Below, one piece after another: positions 1-12,980 of a DNA stretch of 64,000 nt. Where the stretch lies: contig JBHGNT010000003.1 of assembly GCA_043228905.1 (NCBI GenBank), forward strand, positions 24,242,001 to 24,306,000, read 5' to 3'. Position 1 is the stretch's first letter; each line of letters starts with the position of its first letter. Position numbers and translations under genes: made by a program. The notes under the pieces were generated by a model that searched no databases, was not told the DNA's origin, and saw only the letters and a list, made by a program, of their open reading frames with translations. The stretch comes from Azolla caroliniana (taxonomy: Eukaryota; Plantae; Polypodiophyta).

Positions 1-2780
1 TGAAATGATACCAGATAGTTCACTTGTGCAGACCATTCTAAATGGTCTTCCTGATTCATATCAAAGTTTTGCTTCTACTCTTCGTTTAATGATGAAAGGT
101 AATCCCAATGCCTTATCATTCGAGAAGTTAGTCTCTGTTTTGTTAGAGGAAGACCAGTCTAGGCAAAACTGGTCTATTATGCGTGTTGCGGATCAAGCTT
201 TCCTAGCTAGTCAGAAGGGCAAAGGTAAATGGAACTCATCTGCTACCAAGCAGAGATTTGCTAATACTTCACAAGTGAATGAAAAAAAACAAGAGCAGAA
301 ACAACAACTGTTTTGCAAAAACTGTAAAGGAACTAATCATATTATAAAGAACTGTCCAGAATTGGCTGCAAAAGAGGCAAAGAAAAAAGAGGCAGGACTC
401 ATTGTTGCAGAAGTCTCTGCACCAAAAATAGAGTCTGCAAATCTTGTGCAGAATGAACGATGGGCATTTACTATTGTTTGCAGGTTTGACCCATCTTCAC
501 TTGAACAATGTATGTCTGTTGTAGAATCAGATGTTTGGTACTTCGACAGTGGGGCAACCAACCATATTACCTCGCAGCGCAATTTCTTCACTTCATTGGA
601 GCCTACCCCTACAAGGAATACTGTCACATGCGCCAACTCATCTTATCCAATTATGGGTGTTGGTAAGATCATTTTGACTACTGCTGATGGTAGTCCTTTC
701 ATCTTGTCAGATGCTTTGTTTGTGCCAGAGATCAAGAAAAATCTGTTGTCAGTTTCAGCATTAGCCAAGATTGACTTGGTTGTTAAATTTGTTGATGACA
801 GGTGTACAGTTCATGATCTATCCAATGGAGATGTTATTATTGCTTCTGGCATTTTGTGTCGTGGGCTGTATAAGCTCGTAGATTATGAACGATCTATAAA
901 TGATTCAGCCTATGCAATACAGGATTCTCAGGCTATTTTAGATGCAAAGATTTGGCATGCACGCTTTGGTCATCTGAATTTTGTAAGTTTGATTCGCTTG
1001 CAAAAATCTGAAATGGTGTCCTCCTTGCCCAAACTTGAGGCACCTCAGAAGCATGTTTGTGAAGGCTGTATTTTGGGCAAAATGCAACATTCATCCTTTC
1101 CAAAAGATGGTTCAGTTAGAGCTTCGCAGAAATTGCAGCTTGTTCATAGCGATGTTTGTGGTCCTATGCAAACACATTCTCTTGGGAACTATCTTTATTT
1201 CATGACTTTCATTGATGACTTTTCTAGGCATGCATGGGTATATCCATTGACAGCAAAGTCCGAAGTGTTTCTATGCTTCAAACAATTTCTAGCTTTGGCT
1301 GAGAATTTGTCAGCATGTAAAATGGGCACCCTCCATTCTGATCGAGGGGGGGAGTATATGTCTTCTGAGTTTAATGCATTTCTGGCTGAATGTGGGATAA
1401 AACATCAGTGTACAGTGCCGTGTACACCTCAACAAAATGGAGTTGCTGAAAGAAAGAATAGGTCACTCATGGAAATGGCGAGGTGTATGGTCAAAAGTCA
1501 GGCCTTACCACATAGTTTCTGGCTTGAAGCTGTCATGTGTGCAGCATATGTACTCAATAGGTGTCCCACTAAAGCACTGCACTCTATCACTCCATATGAA
1601 GCTTGGCATGGCCAAAAGCCATCTGTTGCTCATCTGCGTGTTTTTGGTTGTTTGGCATATGCATTAGTGCCTAAATAACAACGCAAAAAATTGGATGATA
1701 AAGCAGTGAAATATATTTTTGTAGGATACAGTTCTGAAAGTAAAGGCTATCGTCTGTATCATCCACAATCTAAACGCATTTTGGTTAGCCGTGATGTTTT
1801 TGTGGAGGATGCAATTCAGCCACTTCTTTCATGTACTAAGGAGACATCAGTTAGCTCCAGAGATGTGTATGACACTTTGTTGCCTCTTTTTACAAGTGGA
1901 CAGTTAAGTGTTGGCCCACTAAGGCACCTTCTCAGCCTTTGGAAGTTATTAATGTGAGGGCTGATATAGAGGAGGCAAAGACTGTGCCTAAATGGCTGTT
2001 GCAGACTTTGCAAGATAGCAAATTGGATTTTCCTTTGTCATACTGTACTCGCTCAGGTAATCATAGTGCTTCTTTTGCATCAGATTGTTATGCTATGGCT
2101 GCCTCTAGTCTTTGTGATGAGAATGAGCCTGTTTCTTTTGATGAAGCACAAAATTCAGAAAATTGGATGGCTGCTATGCAATCAGAATATGATGTTATTA
2201 TGAAGACTGGTACATGGTCTTTATGTGACTTGCCTCCTGGCAAGAAGGCTATTGGCACTAAGTGGGTATATAAGCTGAAGCGTAAACCTGATCGAACAGT
2301 TGACAGGTATAAGGCTAGGCTTGTTGCGAAAGGTTATGCCCAAGAAAAAGACTGTTCGTAGCATTTGTGCAATTGCAGCTCATCGTGGTTGGAATGTACA
2401 TCAATTGGACATTAAAACAGCATTTCTAAATGGTGATCTTCATGAGGAAGTGTATGTATCTCAGCCCCGTGGTTTTGTGCAGAAAGGGCATGAACATAAA
2501 GTGTGCAGGTTGAGAAAGGCATTATATGGCTTGATGCAAGCACCACGTTCTTGGTATGAAAAGATACATGCCTATTTGATTGGATTTGGGTTTGAGAATA
2601 GTCCAACTGAAAGCACCTTATATGTTAAGCATGCTGATGATGTATTTCTGATCATGGTTGTGTATGTCGATGATATATTGCTCACTGCCCAATGAGAAGC
2701 ATATTGCTGACTTTAAGGCTGATTTCCATGCCTCTTTTGAGATGCCAGATTTGGGGCATTTGCATCATTATTTGTGCATC
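1..2780 (+). mobile_element. Decayed Ty1/copia LTR-retrotransposon internal region (gag zinc knuckle, protease, integrase, partial RT); cut by the window at the 5' end and truncated within RT at the 3' end
   Basis: ORF 5..1678 has a CKNCKGTNHIIKNC knuckle, WYFDSGATNH protease, WHARFGH pre-integrase motif and integrase core (VHSDVCGP, FIDDFSR, SDRGGEY, PQQNGVAERKNR). The RT pieces 1939..2695 (YKARLVAKGY, LDIKTAFLNG, YVDDIL) follow IN, which is the copia order. There is a stop at 1676-1678, frameshifts, and an apparent deletion near 2350; no RNase H or 3' LTR was found. Confidence 0.95.
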
Positions 2781-4270
2781 CCAAGAGTTATTGTATTCAA
2801 TGGCCATTTTCCACTAGGCTGGTAATTAGACTAATTCTCAAGTGTTCGCCTAGAAATACATCATGTCAATGTGAACTGGATAAAGCTTCTTTGGCAGAGG
2901 CTGGCTCATCTGGAGCCTCATGAATATGTGCCATCAAAAGAATGACTAAAGCCACCTACAAGCACGAAAGGTAGAGGGCTCCGTAAAAGATGTCGTGGAC
3001 ATCAACTTGTGCTTAAGAGTTTTAAAAAGAACAGAAGCAACTCAGGTCATCTACAAGTTGGAGGATTCAACGCGCATGAAAATAGAAACCAGAATTGTTC
3101 TGCAAACAGGAATAAGTTGCTGGCAACATTGAATAAGTCAGAGCCCCGACATATGGAGTGAACCATCCTCCGTGCTATGAGACATAACAATACCAGAGGC
3201 AGATTAGAAATAATAACTTCACTGCCACCAAAGTACTTTGAGTACACAGTATCTAGGGCAGAGAAAGAGAGCAGATTCTAAGAGAAATCAAGCACAACAG
3301 CTGTGAAAAAATGTAGGCTGCTGGAACCTTATGAATGTCAACAAACATGACCAACTGATGACATATTTCTTTGAGCAGTGAGAATTATAATGTCATATCC
3401 TGTTTAGTACTATCTCCTTTTAGTGATTGATAGTATGTCATATCATTCCAGAATTTTAAACGATAGTTCATGCACTTTCCAAGATAGACCTTGGATGTAT
3501 ATCTTTTTGATGGTTTCTGTCCAGGATGGAGTTGAGCAAGATTAGTGGGCTAGACTGCATTTTCTGCATACTTGAGCCAATTGCTAACTACATTGACAAT
3601 GAGTATTGTGATAACTTGCATAGTTGGTCTCAGATAGCTAGTGGGCTGAATCCAAGAAGATGGAAAAGTAGAAGGCAGCGTGAGACTCAGAAAAAGTAAA
3701 TAACGCTATTAGGTGGATAGCAGAGAGGGCTGAGAACAAGGAACTAAGACAAATTTACAAATTTAGAAGAAAGATCCCATACTACCATGAAATAATGGAG
3801 GAAAATAGAGAAATGAATGGAAACCACGAGCCGACATGATCCCCTTTGTATATTTGTTCAAATCACCTAATGGAGGTTGTAGACCTTAACCAACTGAAGA
3901 ATCTTTTCTTCAAAACAGACAAACGAATGGAAAAATGCAGTTATGTATCCAGAAACCCTAGGCCTAGTCTCCAGGTTGGGCATTGACAAAACCATCAGGC
4001 CACTCTAACTTTAGTCATGCTTCCTAATGAAAGCCATGTGTGGGCAGCTAGCATGTGCGGTCTCCGATAAATATTAATAGTGGTAATTTGATTATTATGT
4101 TTTGAATTATATTATAAGAGAACACCAAGTCCAAACATGTTTCGTATTTATCAGCAGACCCCTAAGTTTTCAAGCGTTACAAATATATCCGGAATTGCAT
4201 ATTAAAGAGGCGTATTTGGTAGATACCAACAAGTTATGGGTATTTTGGTATCTTTCTGAAAATATTATAC

Positions 4271-7200
4271 CTTTGTTTGGCGAGGAGTGCCATGTCCGAG
4301 TGTGAGTTTGCAGAATGCGTTAGTGCTGCCCATTGATTGCTTCAAATTTAAACCCCTTTTGATGGTGACCACTAAATTACCAGGTAGACATTGTAGAAGT
4401 TCTTCAGCTTTCTCTTGGAAGTGCTCTGGACCTGACCTCATCACCAACTGTAACAAAGGAATAGCCTCAACCATAGCCACAGATTGTGTTTTGCCGATTT
4501 CATTTACACTTTCAGCTGCCCATCCTTGGCTCAGTAGCAATAAAGCATCCAAAGCTGCTTCTTGGGCTGCTTCAGTTCCAGTTTTCAGGGCACCGACTAG
4601 TTGAGGTATACAGAGTGTGGCAGCCTCCGTTATGCGAAGCCGTGGAAAATTATAGAAGAGGATATCAATGGCTTTCAACATATCTTCGTTTACTGTTCCA
4701 GTGGCCCAAAACTCTCGCTCCAGAGAAGCTAACCACATTTACAAGAAAAAATTAGGCAAGTAGGTTTTGTAGTAACATGGGATGATGCATTTCAGGAACC
4801 AAATGCTAACAACATTTGCAAGAAAATATTAGGCAAGTAGATTTCATACTAACATGGGATGATGCATTTGAGGAACCAAAATGGATATGCATATCATGAT
4901 AACTGTGTACAGAACACACACAATTTGGCAATTTTCATAGCTATGATAAATTCACTTTTCATATCACACAAATTGGAATAAGATACAAAAGTAGCAACAT
5001 GAAATAATATCTTACAGATCTCAAAGAAATTCCAAATATGTTCGTAGGAAATGACATAAGGCTCAAATATTGAACGCAGTGGATTCATTATTATTCAATG
5101 AGGAAATTTGTTATATATTGATATGTATATAATTAACCTCTAGGATAAGACAGAATGTGGTGTATATCTCAATAATTAATTCTCTTTATCCGAATAAACC
5201 TACTCTATGACAGCAAGATCATGTTCAAATATAAGAAATGTAATGTACCTGTTAAAGCTCTGATTATCTCACTGGTTGCATATTCTTGTATGGTGTTATT
5301 TGAAAATAATAACTTGATCAAAGTTGCAGCTTGCCCAGCAGTTTCAGTGTTACTGGAACTAAGAAGCTCTTGAAGGACTTGGACACCACCAGCTTCAGCA
5401 ACTGCACGTTTATTAGGACGACTATGCATAACAAGGTTTTGAAGCGCACAAACAGCGATCATTTTCATCTCTTCTGACGGCTGATCTTCCAATTGGCTCA
5501 CTAAGGCACGACAAGCAGAAACAGCTTCTGCTGTCCTAGCTAGACCATCGTGTTGGAAAAGATCACCTAAAGCTAGAGCTGCCAGCACTCTTGCTGGCTG
5601 AGGCCTTGTTTGAGGATCGAGCAAGTACTCTGAAAGTGGAGAGATAGCTAGCTTTGCTCCTTTAGTCTCTCGAACCTTCACATTATTGAATAAAGCTTCA
5701 AGAAGCCGTGCAGCGGCTTCTTCACATTGATGGGATCTCAAAAGCTCAAGAAGTGCTTCCACAGCTCCAGCTTGAGCCATCTCTTCAGCACTTGTAGCAT
5801 CATCCCTTTCAAGAACAAGTAATGCGTTGAGGGAAATAGTCACAGTAGCTTCCGAGGTTGACTTTAGTAGTCTCACAAGAACTACAAGTGGAACTTGCAA
5901 ATAGTATTGTGGCATGATGTTCGAAAGCACATAAGTAGCTGATTCCCAAAGAGCATGAGGTGGTTGAGGATTATCTTGCACTATAATGTTAGAGAGCTCA
6001 ATTATGCCTCCAGCATCAGCCACAGCATTAGGCCAGCTCCTGGAAGCTCTTTCCAAAGCCTTGATGGCTTTTTGCTGCAAGCTTTGAACCCCAAGCCCAA
6101 GAATTCTGACCAAAGGAACAATGGCTTGTTGAGTGGTAATGTCTCTCTCAAATTGTTCCTGCAGTAGGAGGTGAGAGAGTAATTCAGCAGCAAGCTGCTG
6201 TACATTCTGAGAAGGAGAATCAAGAAGGGGAACCAGGGGTTCTATACACTGATTTGGGGTTAAATCTTGGTTTGCTAGAGTTTGAGACTTCTCAAGAATG
6301 TTAACCAACACCTGCATAGCACTATGTTGTCCAGCAGGGCTCAACCCAGTCCGAGCTAACACGATGAAAAGTGGGTGGACAATATTGGCATTTATTAGAC
6401 CTTTTGCAATGCTGGCATTATTGGTTAAAATTCTAAGCAATTCTGCCATTAAAGCGCATAAATCATCAGGAACGACCAGTATTATCTCCATCACAGAATC
6501 AATAATCCCTGCCTTCACCATATCTAATTTACAAAGCGGTCTATCTTTCCCGAGTTTTGTGAGTGCACTAATAACTGCCTCATGCAATGGGTAATTATCC
6601 CCAGAAACCAACCCAACAAGAGGAATAACAGCACCTTCAGCTACAACTAACTCAGCTTGTAATTCATCATCCAGCAAATTATCTAGTGCCAATGCACTGG
6701 CAAGCTGCAGTCCACTATAATCTCCACTCAACAAGTTAATCAAAGGCGAAATGCAATTGGATACAGATGCCAAGGTTCGAACTCTAGCATTGCTAAATAG
6801 GACACGGCATAAACTGGCAGCATATTCTTTCAGCTCTAGAGAGCAGTCAGAAGATATCAACTTGCACAGACCATCAATTGCATTTGCTCCAGCATCAGCA
6901 ATAGCAAGTGCCTTCGCTGGGTTTTCAGCAGACAAACTAATAAGAGCTGATATTGCAGCTTGTTGTTCTTTTTCTGACCCTGAATTAAGCATTTCAACCA
7001 GTGGAGGAATAGCTTGTTTTCCTGCATCCCCAGTTCTTATATTCTCAGCAGTAAATAACCCCTGAAGAGCCCTTGCTGAACTATATCTTGAATTCCTGGT
7101 TCCAAGGCGAAGCACAGCCACAAGCTGATTTACAGCCCCAATTGCAGATTCATGTCCTCTGAGTTCATTACTAGTGAAGAGAATTCTAAGTAAATCAGTT

Positions 7201-10200
7201 GCAGCCTCTTCGATGGCATCCTGAGGTCCTAAAGAAAGATACTTTGTTAGAGCATCCAAAGCTCCAGCTTCTGCCATTGTTGACTTGTTTGTATTGCTGC
7301 CTTTGGCAAGTTGAGTTAGCAAACTAAGGGCCACGGACGGTGCACCAGGTCTCTCTGGAATGGGCTTCAATAGGTCAACAAGGCTAGGTATGACTTTTCT
7401 GGCGGGTACACCAACTCTTATGTCTTCAACCCGGAAAAGACGCTCGAGAGCAACCTCGTCTGGATTGGGCACAAGTGAGAATTCATCTGCCAATGCAACG
7501 AAGTTGGATCTATCTGATTCAAGGCTTCCAAGAAGAGGAATGAAAGCTCCTGGGGCTCCTGAAGTTGCTACAGCAAGGAGGGTGCCTCGGCTTCCATTAC
7601 ATACAAGGCTAGCTAGTGCTTGTGCAGCAAAATAACGATCAATAGCCTCCTCTGATCTTAGGAGAAATGCAAGAGATGAAACCGCACGCATCGTGCCTGG
7701 TGAACGAATTACATCCCGATGCTGAAAGAGGATAGCCAGCAATAGCATAGTCACCCAAATGCTACCCGCATCCTCTGAATTTACCTGTTCACAAATCCAT
7801 GGTGAGATGAGATGCTATAACAACCTTATCGCTTCAAACAAACCATGCATTATATTGAAAGTACGATGTGATGTATGTGTATTTTCACATGGATTTCATT
7901 TTTATTATTGTACAAATATATTCAGATGCAACAAAAAGATCAATATGATTTTGTATTTTAGAACTTATTGATCTTTAGGTGGTACAAATAGCTTTCCAAA
8001 TAATCAATAGGCAGGGCTAAACTGTAGGGCATTGAAGATCACCTGAGCTGTGCTAGAAACAACATTAGCCAGTTTTTCTGTAAGAAGTTCAATTGCACCT
8101 CCCTCCATTATTGCCACTTTGTTTTCATCGTTATGGGAAGCTATTATGGAGAGCAGCCATAACGCAGCTGTGCCTCCAAGCATTGCAGCTGGGTCATGGT
8201 CCAGTGGAACTCTAAAGTCCTCAAGCTGGTTGTCATTAGACATATCCTTACTCTTTGCATGAAAACCATTTTGTAGTTCATTCTTATTGGAATTATCCAG
8301 TGCCTCCATATCAAGCATTTTAATGAGTGACTGAATCAAGGGGCCAAAAGATCCTGATTGATTTAGTGCTTCCATGGCTTGCTGTCGATGTTCCTTAAAT
8401 GCACAAATCAAAAGAGCAGTCCCTCCAACCTTCACTTCTGTTCTTGTGGAAGCAACAACGTACTCAGTGAGGGCAACAATGGCCTTTGGTGTGGCGACAA
8501 TAAGGTCACCCAAAACAACTGGCTGATCTCGACAAAGCCTTGATAAGACTTCAATTGCCTTCTCTTGCATTAATGGTCTCCCTAAAGCAACACAAGTAAC
8601 AAGGGGCTGCAAACTGTGTGGAGCTTCAGCCAAAACTGCCCAGGGAGGCCTATGAGTTCCCGCATACCTAGACGTAGCTAAAGTTGCAAGGGCCTCTAGA
8701 GCTTCTGACTTAGTACATTCTTGAATATTGGTAGCTGCCAAGAGTGCCACAAGTGCAGACACAGTTTCAAAATTTTGGATGCTCTCAGACAATGTGTCAT
8801 CTATAGGATGGGACCTTAAGAGCGATCCTAGAGCACTTGCAGCGCACTCTTTACCTTCATATGTACCTTCACAAAGTACTCTAGTTAAAGGTACAATAAG
8901 ATCTTCAGCAGGAACCTCTCTGGATATGCTTGTATCTACCAACAAGTTTGCAAATGTAGTGGCTGCAGTCTCTGCAACTGCTATGTTGGATGATTTTGCC
9001 AATGAAATCAATGGTAACACAGACCCCAGTGCATTGCGGGAAATCTCTTCATTATTACCTATAGACATGAAAATCGCCCCAATAGCCTTTGCCGCTTGCA
9101 TTGCAACTTTTTCCGGCTCCAGCTTCAATAGATTAACAAGAAGTTCCAGTGATTCTACAACAAGTGAGCTCTCCCGGAGATCATTCCTTGCAGCGAAAAC
9201 CTTGGCAAGAACTGACGCAGCATTTTCCTTGGTCTCTTCATTTGATACATTTAGTGACCGTAACACTACATGTAGTGCATCGTTGGAAGCAGATCCTTCT
9301 CTCAATATATCATCTTGAGATGCAACACAAAGAAGGCATCCTAGAACATTCAATACATGAACTTTTGATTGAGGATGTTCACCTACAAGCAATGCAGCCA
9401 ACTGACTCATAGTGCTATCATCTGAGGTCCTTACTAATTGTGTCAAAGCTTTAGCAGCAATTTCCTGCCCTTTTAAACTAGCAATCTTCAGAAGCCATAA
9501 AAGGGCTGGTACAGCATCTGCAGTCTCAACACAAGCTCTTATGTCTTCACTGTGAGTACACAGATTCCCAAGTATAAGGGCAGCATCTTCCTTCGCTTTC
9601 ACAGACCCTGTCTCAAGAAGTTGGACCAATGGTGGTATACCACCTGCTGCTGTTATGGTCCATTTGCTATCATCCACTTCCTCTGTAAGAATGGAGAGGA
9701 GAGCCACTGCATATTCTTGTTGTTGCTCTGAAGACAAGCCTAATAGAGATATTAGTAGCTGAATCCCTTCACGCCCTCGAAGGGATTTCCAAAGATCCAT
9801 TTCCCCACTACATAGATTTCTCAAGGATTTCATCAGCTCTTCCTGAACATCGGTATTGGCCATCGTCACTAACCCAACAAGCATCTTCTTACCTTCTGCA
9901 TGGGTCAAGGTTTTCTGCAAAGTGGCATTTCCATAGAGACTAGCAAGAGCCTCGATTGCACGCTCCTGAACCAACTCTGGGACTCGAGATGATAATTGTT
10001 TAACAAGAACACGCTCAATCATAGATGCATCAACTATCTCACCAACTTTCTCCCTATCATCAAAAACCATGAGTGCATACGCAAGTGCACCAATGATGTC
10101 AGCCATGTGAGAATCTGGCTTACTAGACTTGATATTTTCTCCAATGGTTAAAATTACAGTAGACATACCACAGAAAATGTTAGCAAGGGCTCCCATAGCA

Positions 10201-12147
10201 TTCTCTTGCAATTCTTGGGCATATCTACCTTGCATAAACTCCTTCGAAGGAGCTACCACAGCACTAATCAAGATGGATATAGCACCAGATTCTGACAGTA
10301 TCTGTCTAGCTTCGATTGAAGTAAATGATAATGCCTTTAGGGCTCCGGCAGCTTCAGCTCGAACTGATAAATCATTTCCATTTCCTACAAGACCCAGGAG
10401 TGGCTCAATAACTCCAGAGCTAAGGACACTTTTACTAGTTGAGGGTGTGGCCATCATGAGGCTGGCAAGAAGGGAAGAAGCATTTGCTTGTGAAGTTGAG
10501 CCCCCATGATATAATAGCCTCACAAGGATTGGGATAGCTCCAGCCTCAAGAGTGGCATGCCAGAAACCTTCAGTGCTTTTACATAAATTTTGCAAGGCTC
10601 CAGTTAAAAGACCCTCTGCCGACGCATCTAGCTGTTGGCTAGGTTGCAGTTGCTCCCACAACTTGGGAACTACACCCTCCGTGGCAAAGATCTTACAACC
10701 GACTTGATCAGTTACACCTTGTGAAACGGCCAGTAATGTTTGAGTTGCAGAAAGCTGGGCATCAGAAGAGCTAGTCTTCAACAGTGCTAGCAATGGAGGG
10801 ATACAACCTCCAAGGAGCACTTTAACTCGTAAATCCTCTTCCTTGCATAATGCTCCTAGTATGGCAGCTGCCCTCATTTTTGTTGTTAGTGTTCCGGTTC
10901 TTACCAGTGAGACCAATAAAGGTATGGCTTGTGAATGAGTACCTATGGCAGTTCTAGCTTCTTTTCTGGTTTCAGTGAGCTCTAGGAGCTGTTTTGCAAC
11001 ACGCTCCTTCTCATTGGGAGATGAGGCATTCGTTCGAAGAAGCTCAATGCATTGAGCAACATTTGCAAATATCCCATCTGGGTCATCCATGCTTTGGTGA
11101 GCATTCCAATCCCTGAATGAGAAATAAAAAACAATGTCACAAAGTTAGTAGTGTGGTTCTGATAACATTACAGATCTAGGTAGGTAGTGACAAGATCCAT
11201 AATTCCCATGATGCCATTGCAGATCTAGGCTAACTTGATGTGACCTACTACTTATCCAGAATCATGTGGAAAACGTTTGCATCCCGTCCGGATCATATAT
11301 GGCTTAGTATGCATTCAAAATCTTGAATTAGATGAAAAAAATGTGAAGCGATGTAAGCTTACTTGTGTGAATCATGATTACCCAATTACATTACATAGTT
11401 GTGTTTATTATTTTGCAGATCTAAGCTATCTTGCCGAGATGTTCATCAATCTATCTATATTAACAGTTAGCTAGGAGAAAATAAGATTTGTGTGTGTGTC
11501 TATTGTTTGTAAGACTGATTTTTAAGAAACCCAATGATTCTTAAGAGTTGAAAATCATTTTTGAAATTGAGCACATTGTTTGCTATTCTATAGATCAACT
11601 GATGTAACTCTACTTTGCTAGAGTTAAAACAGTTTAATCATTATAGATCAAACTGATTCGTTAGATCGGCTGAAACTTTTGCTCATTACATAGATCAAAC
11701 TGATTCATTTGAATACTCCAATATTCTTACAGGTTCAAAGAAATCTCTAAAAACAAGCACAGTTTAATTATTGCATAAGATTTAAATGGTTAGAATGCAT
11801 AATTATGTTCATTTTTATAGATCAAACTGATTGCTATCGAAGCCCAACATGTCCTCGTTAGTATTAAAGGCCCTTGGGGTGCTATGGGCCTCTGTAATCC
11901 CGTAATTGCTCAGCATAGTTTTCTGGTTCGCGCTTCCATACGCACGAAAAAGAGCATTGTCTTGCTTAGAGTTAACGAGATTGAAGAGAAATTTTTCTCA
12001 TTCTAGATAAAAATGGTTTTTCTTAGATTAAAAGAAATAAAGAAAAGGCGTGAGCAACCACTGTCTTTCTTAAGAGTTCAAAAGAGTTTGAAAAGAATTT
12101 ACGTGTGTATACCTTGATTTAGAAGGTTTCAAGCTTGATGTCTGCAT
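4271..12147 (-). CDS. CSI1: CELLULOSE SYNTHASE INTERACTIVE 1-like ARM-repeat/C2-domain protein (3'-partial in this window)
   Basis: Exons 12147-12113, 11112-8043, 7784-5249 and 4728-4271 join in frame with GT-AG boundaries. [27 protein letters not shown] and [35 protein letters not shown] match plant CSI1/POM2 as I recall it. The final exon (rest of the C2 domain) was not found in the window. CSI1 versus CSI3 paralogue identity is unresolved. Confidence 0.93.
4727..4882. repeat. Tandem duplication of ~77 bp at the 3' end of a CSI1 intron
   Basis: gctaac.acattt.caagaaaa..ttaggcaagtag...aacatgggatgatgcattt.aggaaccaaa occurs twice, offset by 77 nt. Confidence 0.85.
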
Positions 12148-12467
12148 CTCCTTAGCTGAAGATAGATAGTTATTTTAGTTCCTACTATTCGATCTGCCAG
12201 AATATCTCATGAGTGAGACAGAAGGGACAGTGACTAGAATGGAAGAATGAAAGAATGAGAAAGCTGGGGGAAGACCAAGAATTCAAGATAAATCAGAGAG
12301 AGAGAGAGAGGGGACAAAGTAAAGAATTGATGGAAGTTTGAGGGGGAGCAAATGTGGGATCACTGGTGGATTTTGAGAGAGAGAAGAAGAAGGAAAGGAA
12401 AGGAAGAAATGCTTAATTAACGTCAGTGAAAGAGGCGAGTCGAATGCGGCTTCCCCACCACATCACT

Positions 12468-12508
12468 CACATACATACATACATACATACATACATACAT
12501 ACATACAT
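12468..12508. repeat. (CATA)n microsatellite upstream of CSI1
   Basis: About 10 perfect CATA units read directly. Confidence 0.95.
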
Positions 12509-12570
12509 GAGGGAAAGATGCTCCTTTGCTTACTTGTTCAGGGCATCCAAATCAACACAGACCTCCCAAC

Positions 12571-12697
12571 TAGAAGTCGGCAACGGCTCGGTTCAAACCT
12601 AACCCGAGCCGTTAAACCGCTCAGACCAAACCGGTTTGGTTCAAGTTTGAAAACTTCCAAACCGGTTATGGTTTAACTGAACCGTTGCCGATTCCTA
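12571..12697. mobile_element. hAT-type MITE, 127 bp
   Basis: Imperfect TIRs TAGAAGTCGGCAACGG.../...CCGTTGCCGATTCCTA, flanked by a perfect 8-bp TSD CTCCCAAC (12563-12570 and 12698-12705). Confidence 0.88.
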
Positions 12698-12729
12698 CTC
12701 CCAACCTCCCCCCAATCCCCTCTTGGTGG

Positions 12730-12980
12730 GGTCATATTGCTCTTGCTAAAGAAGTCTCTCTACTTGATTGAGCCTTTCGATTGCGAAGCAAATGATCCAA
12801 TAGCCTCTTGAGACACCTCGTTTATTAGGGTTCATATTGGTTCTTGTTGATGAAGACTCTCTACTCGAGCCCCCCAATGGCAAAGCAAGTGAGCTGATAT
12901 CCTCGTGAGACAGCTCGTTTTATTAAGTTCATATTGGTTCTTGCTGATGGAGTCTCTTTGCTTGAGCCTCTCGATGGCCC
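12730..12980. repeat. Degenerate tandem repeat, ~97-99 bp unit, about 2.5 copies
   Basis: The core (g/t)tcatattg(c/gt)tcttg.t.a.g.ag.ctct.t.ct recurs at about 12731, 12830 and 12927. Confidence 0.75.

Noticed and set aside
4287-10509. Plus-strand ORFs antisense to CSI1 exons
   Set aside because: Shadow ORFs of the long ARM-repeat coding exons.
11590-11835. Four TAGATCAA(A)CTGAT motifs in CSI1 intron 1
   Set aside because: Spacing is irregular and the motif is short. It may be an intronic enhancer-like motif, but the sequence alone cannot support a call.
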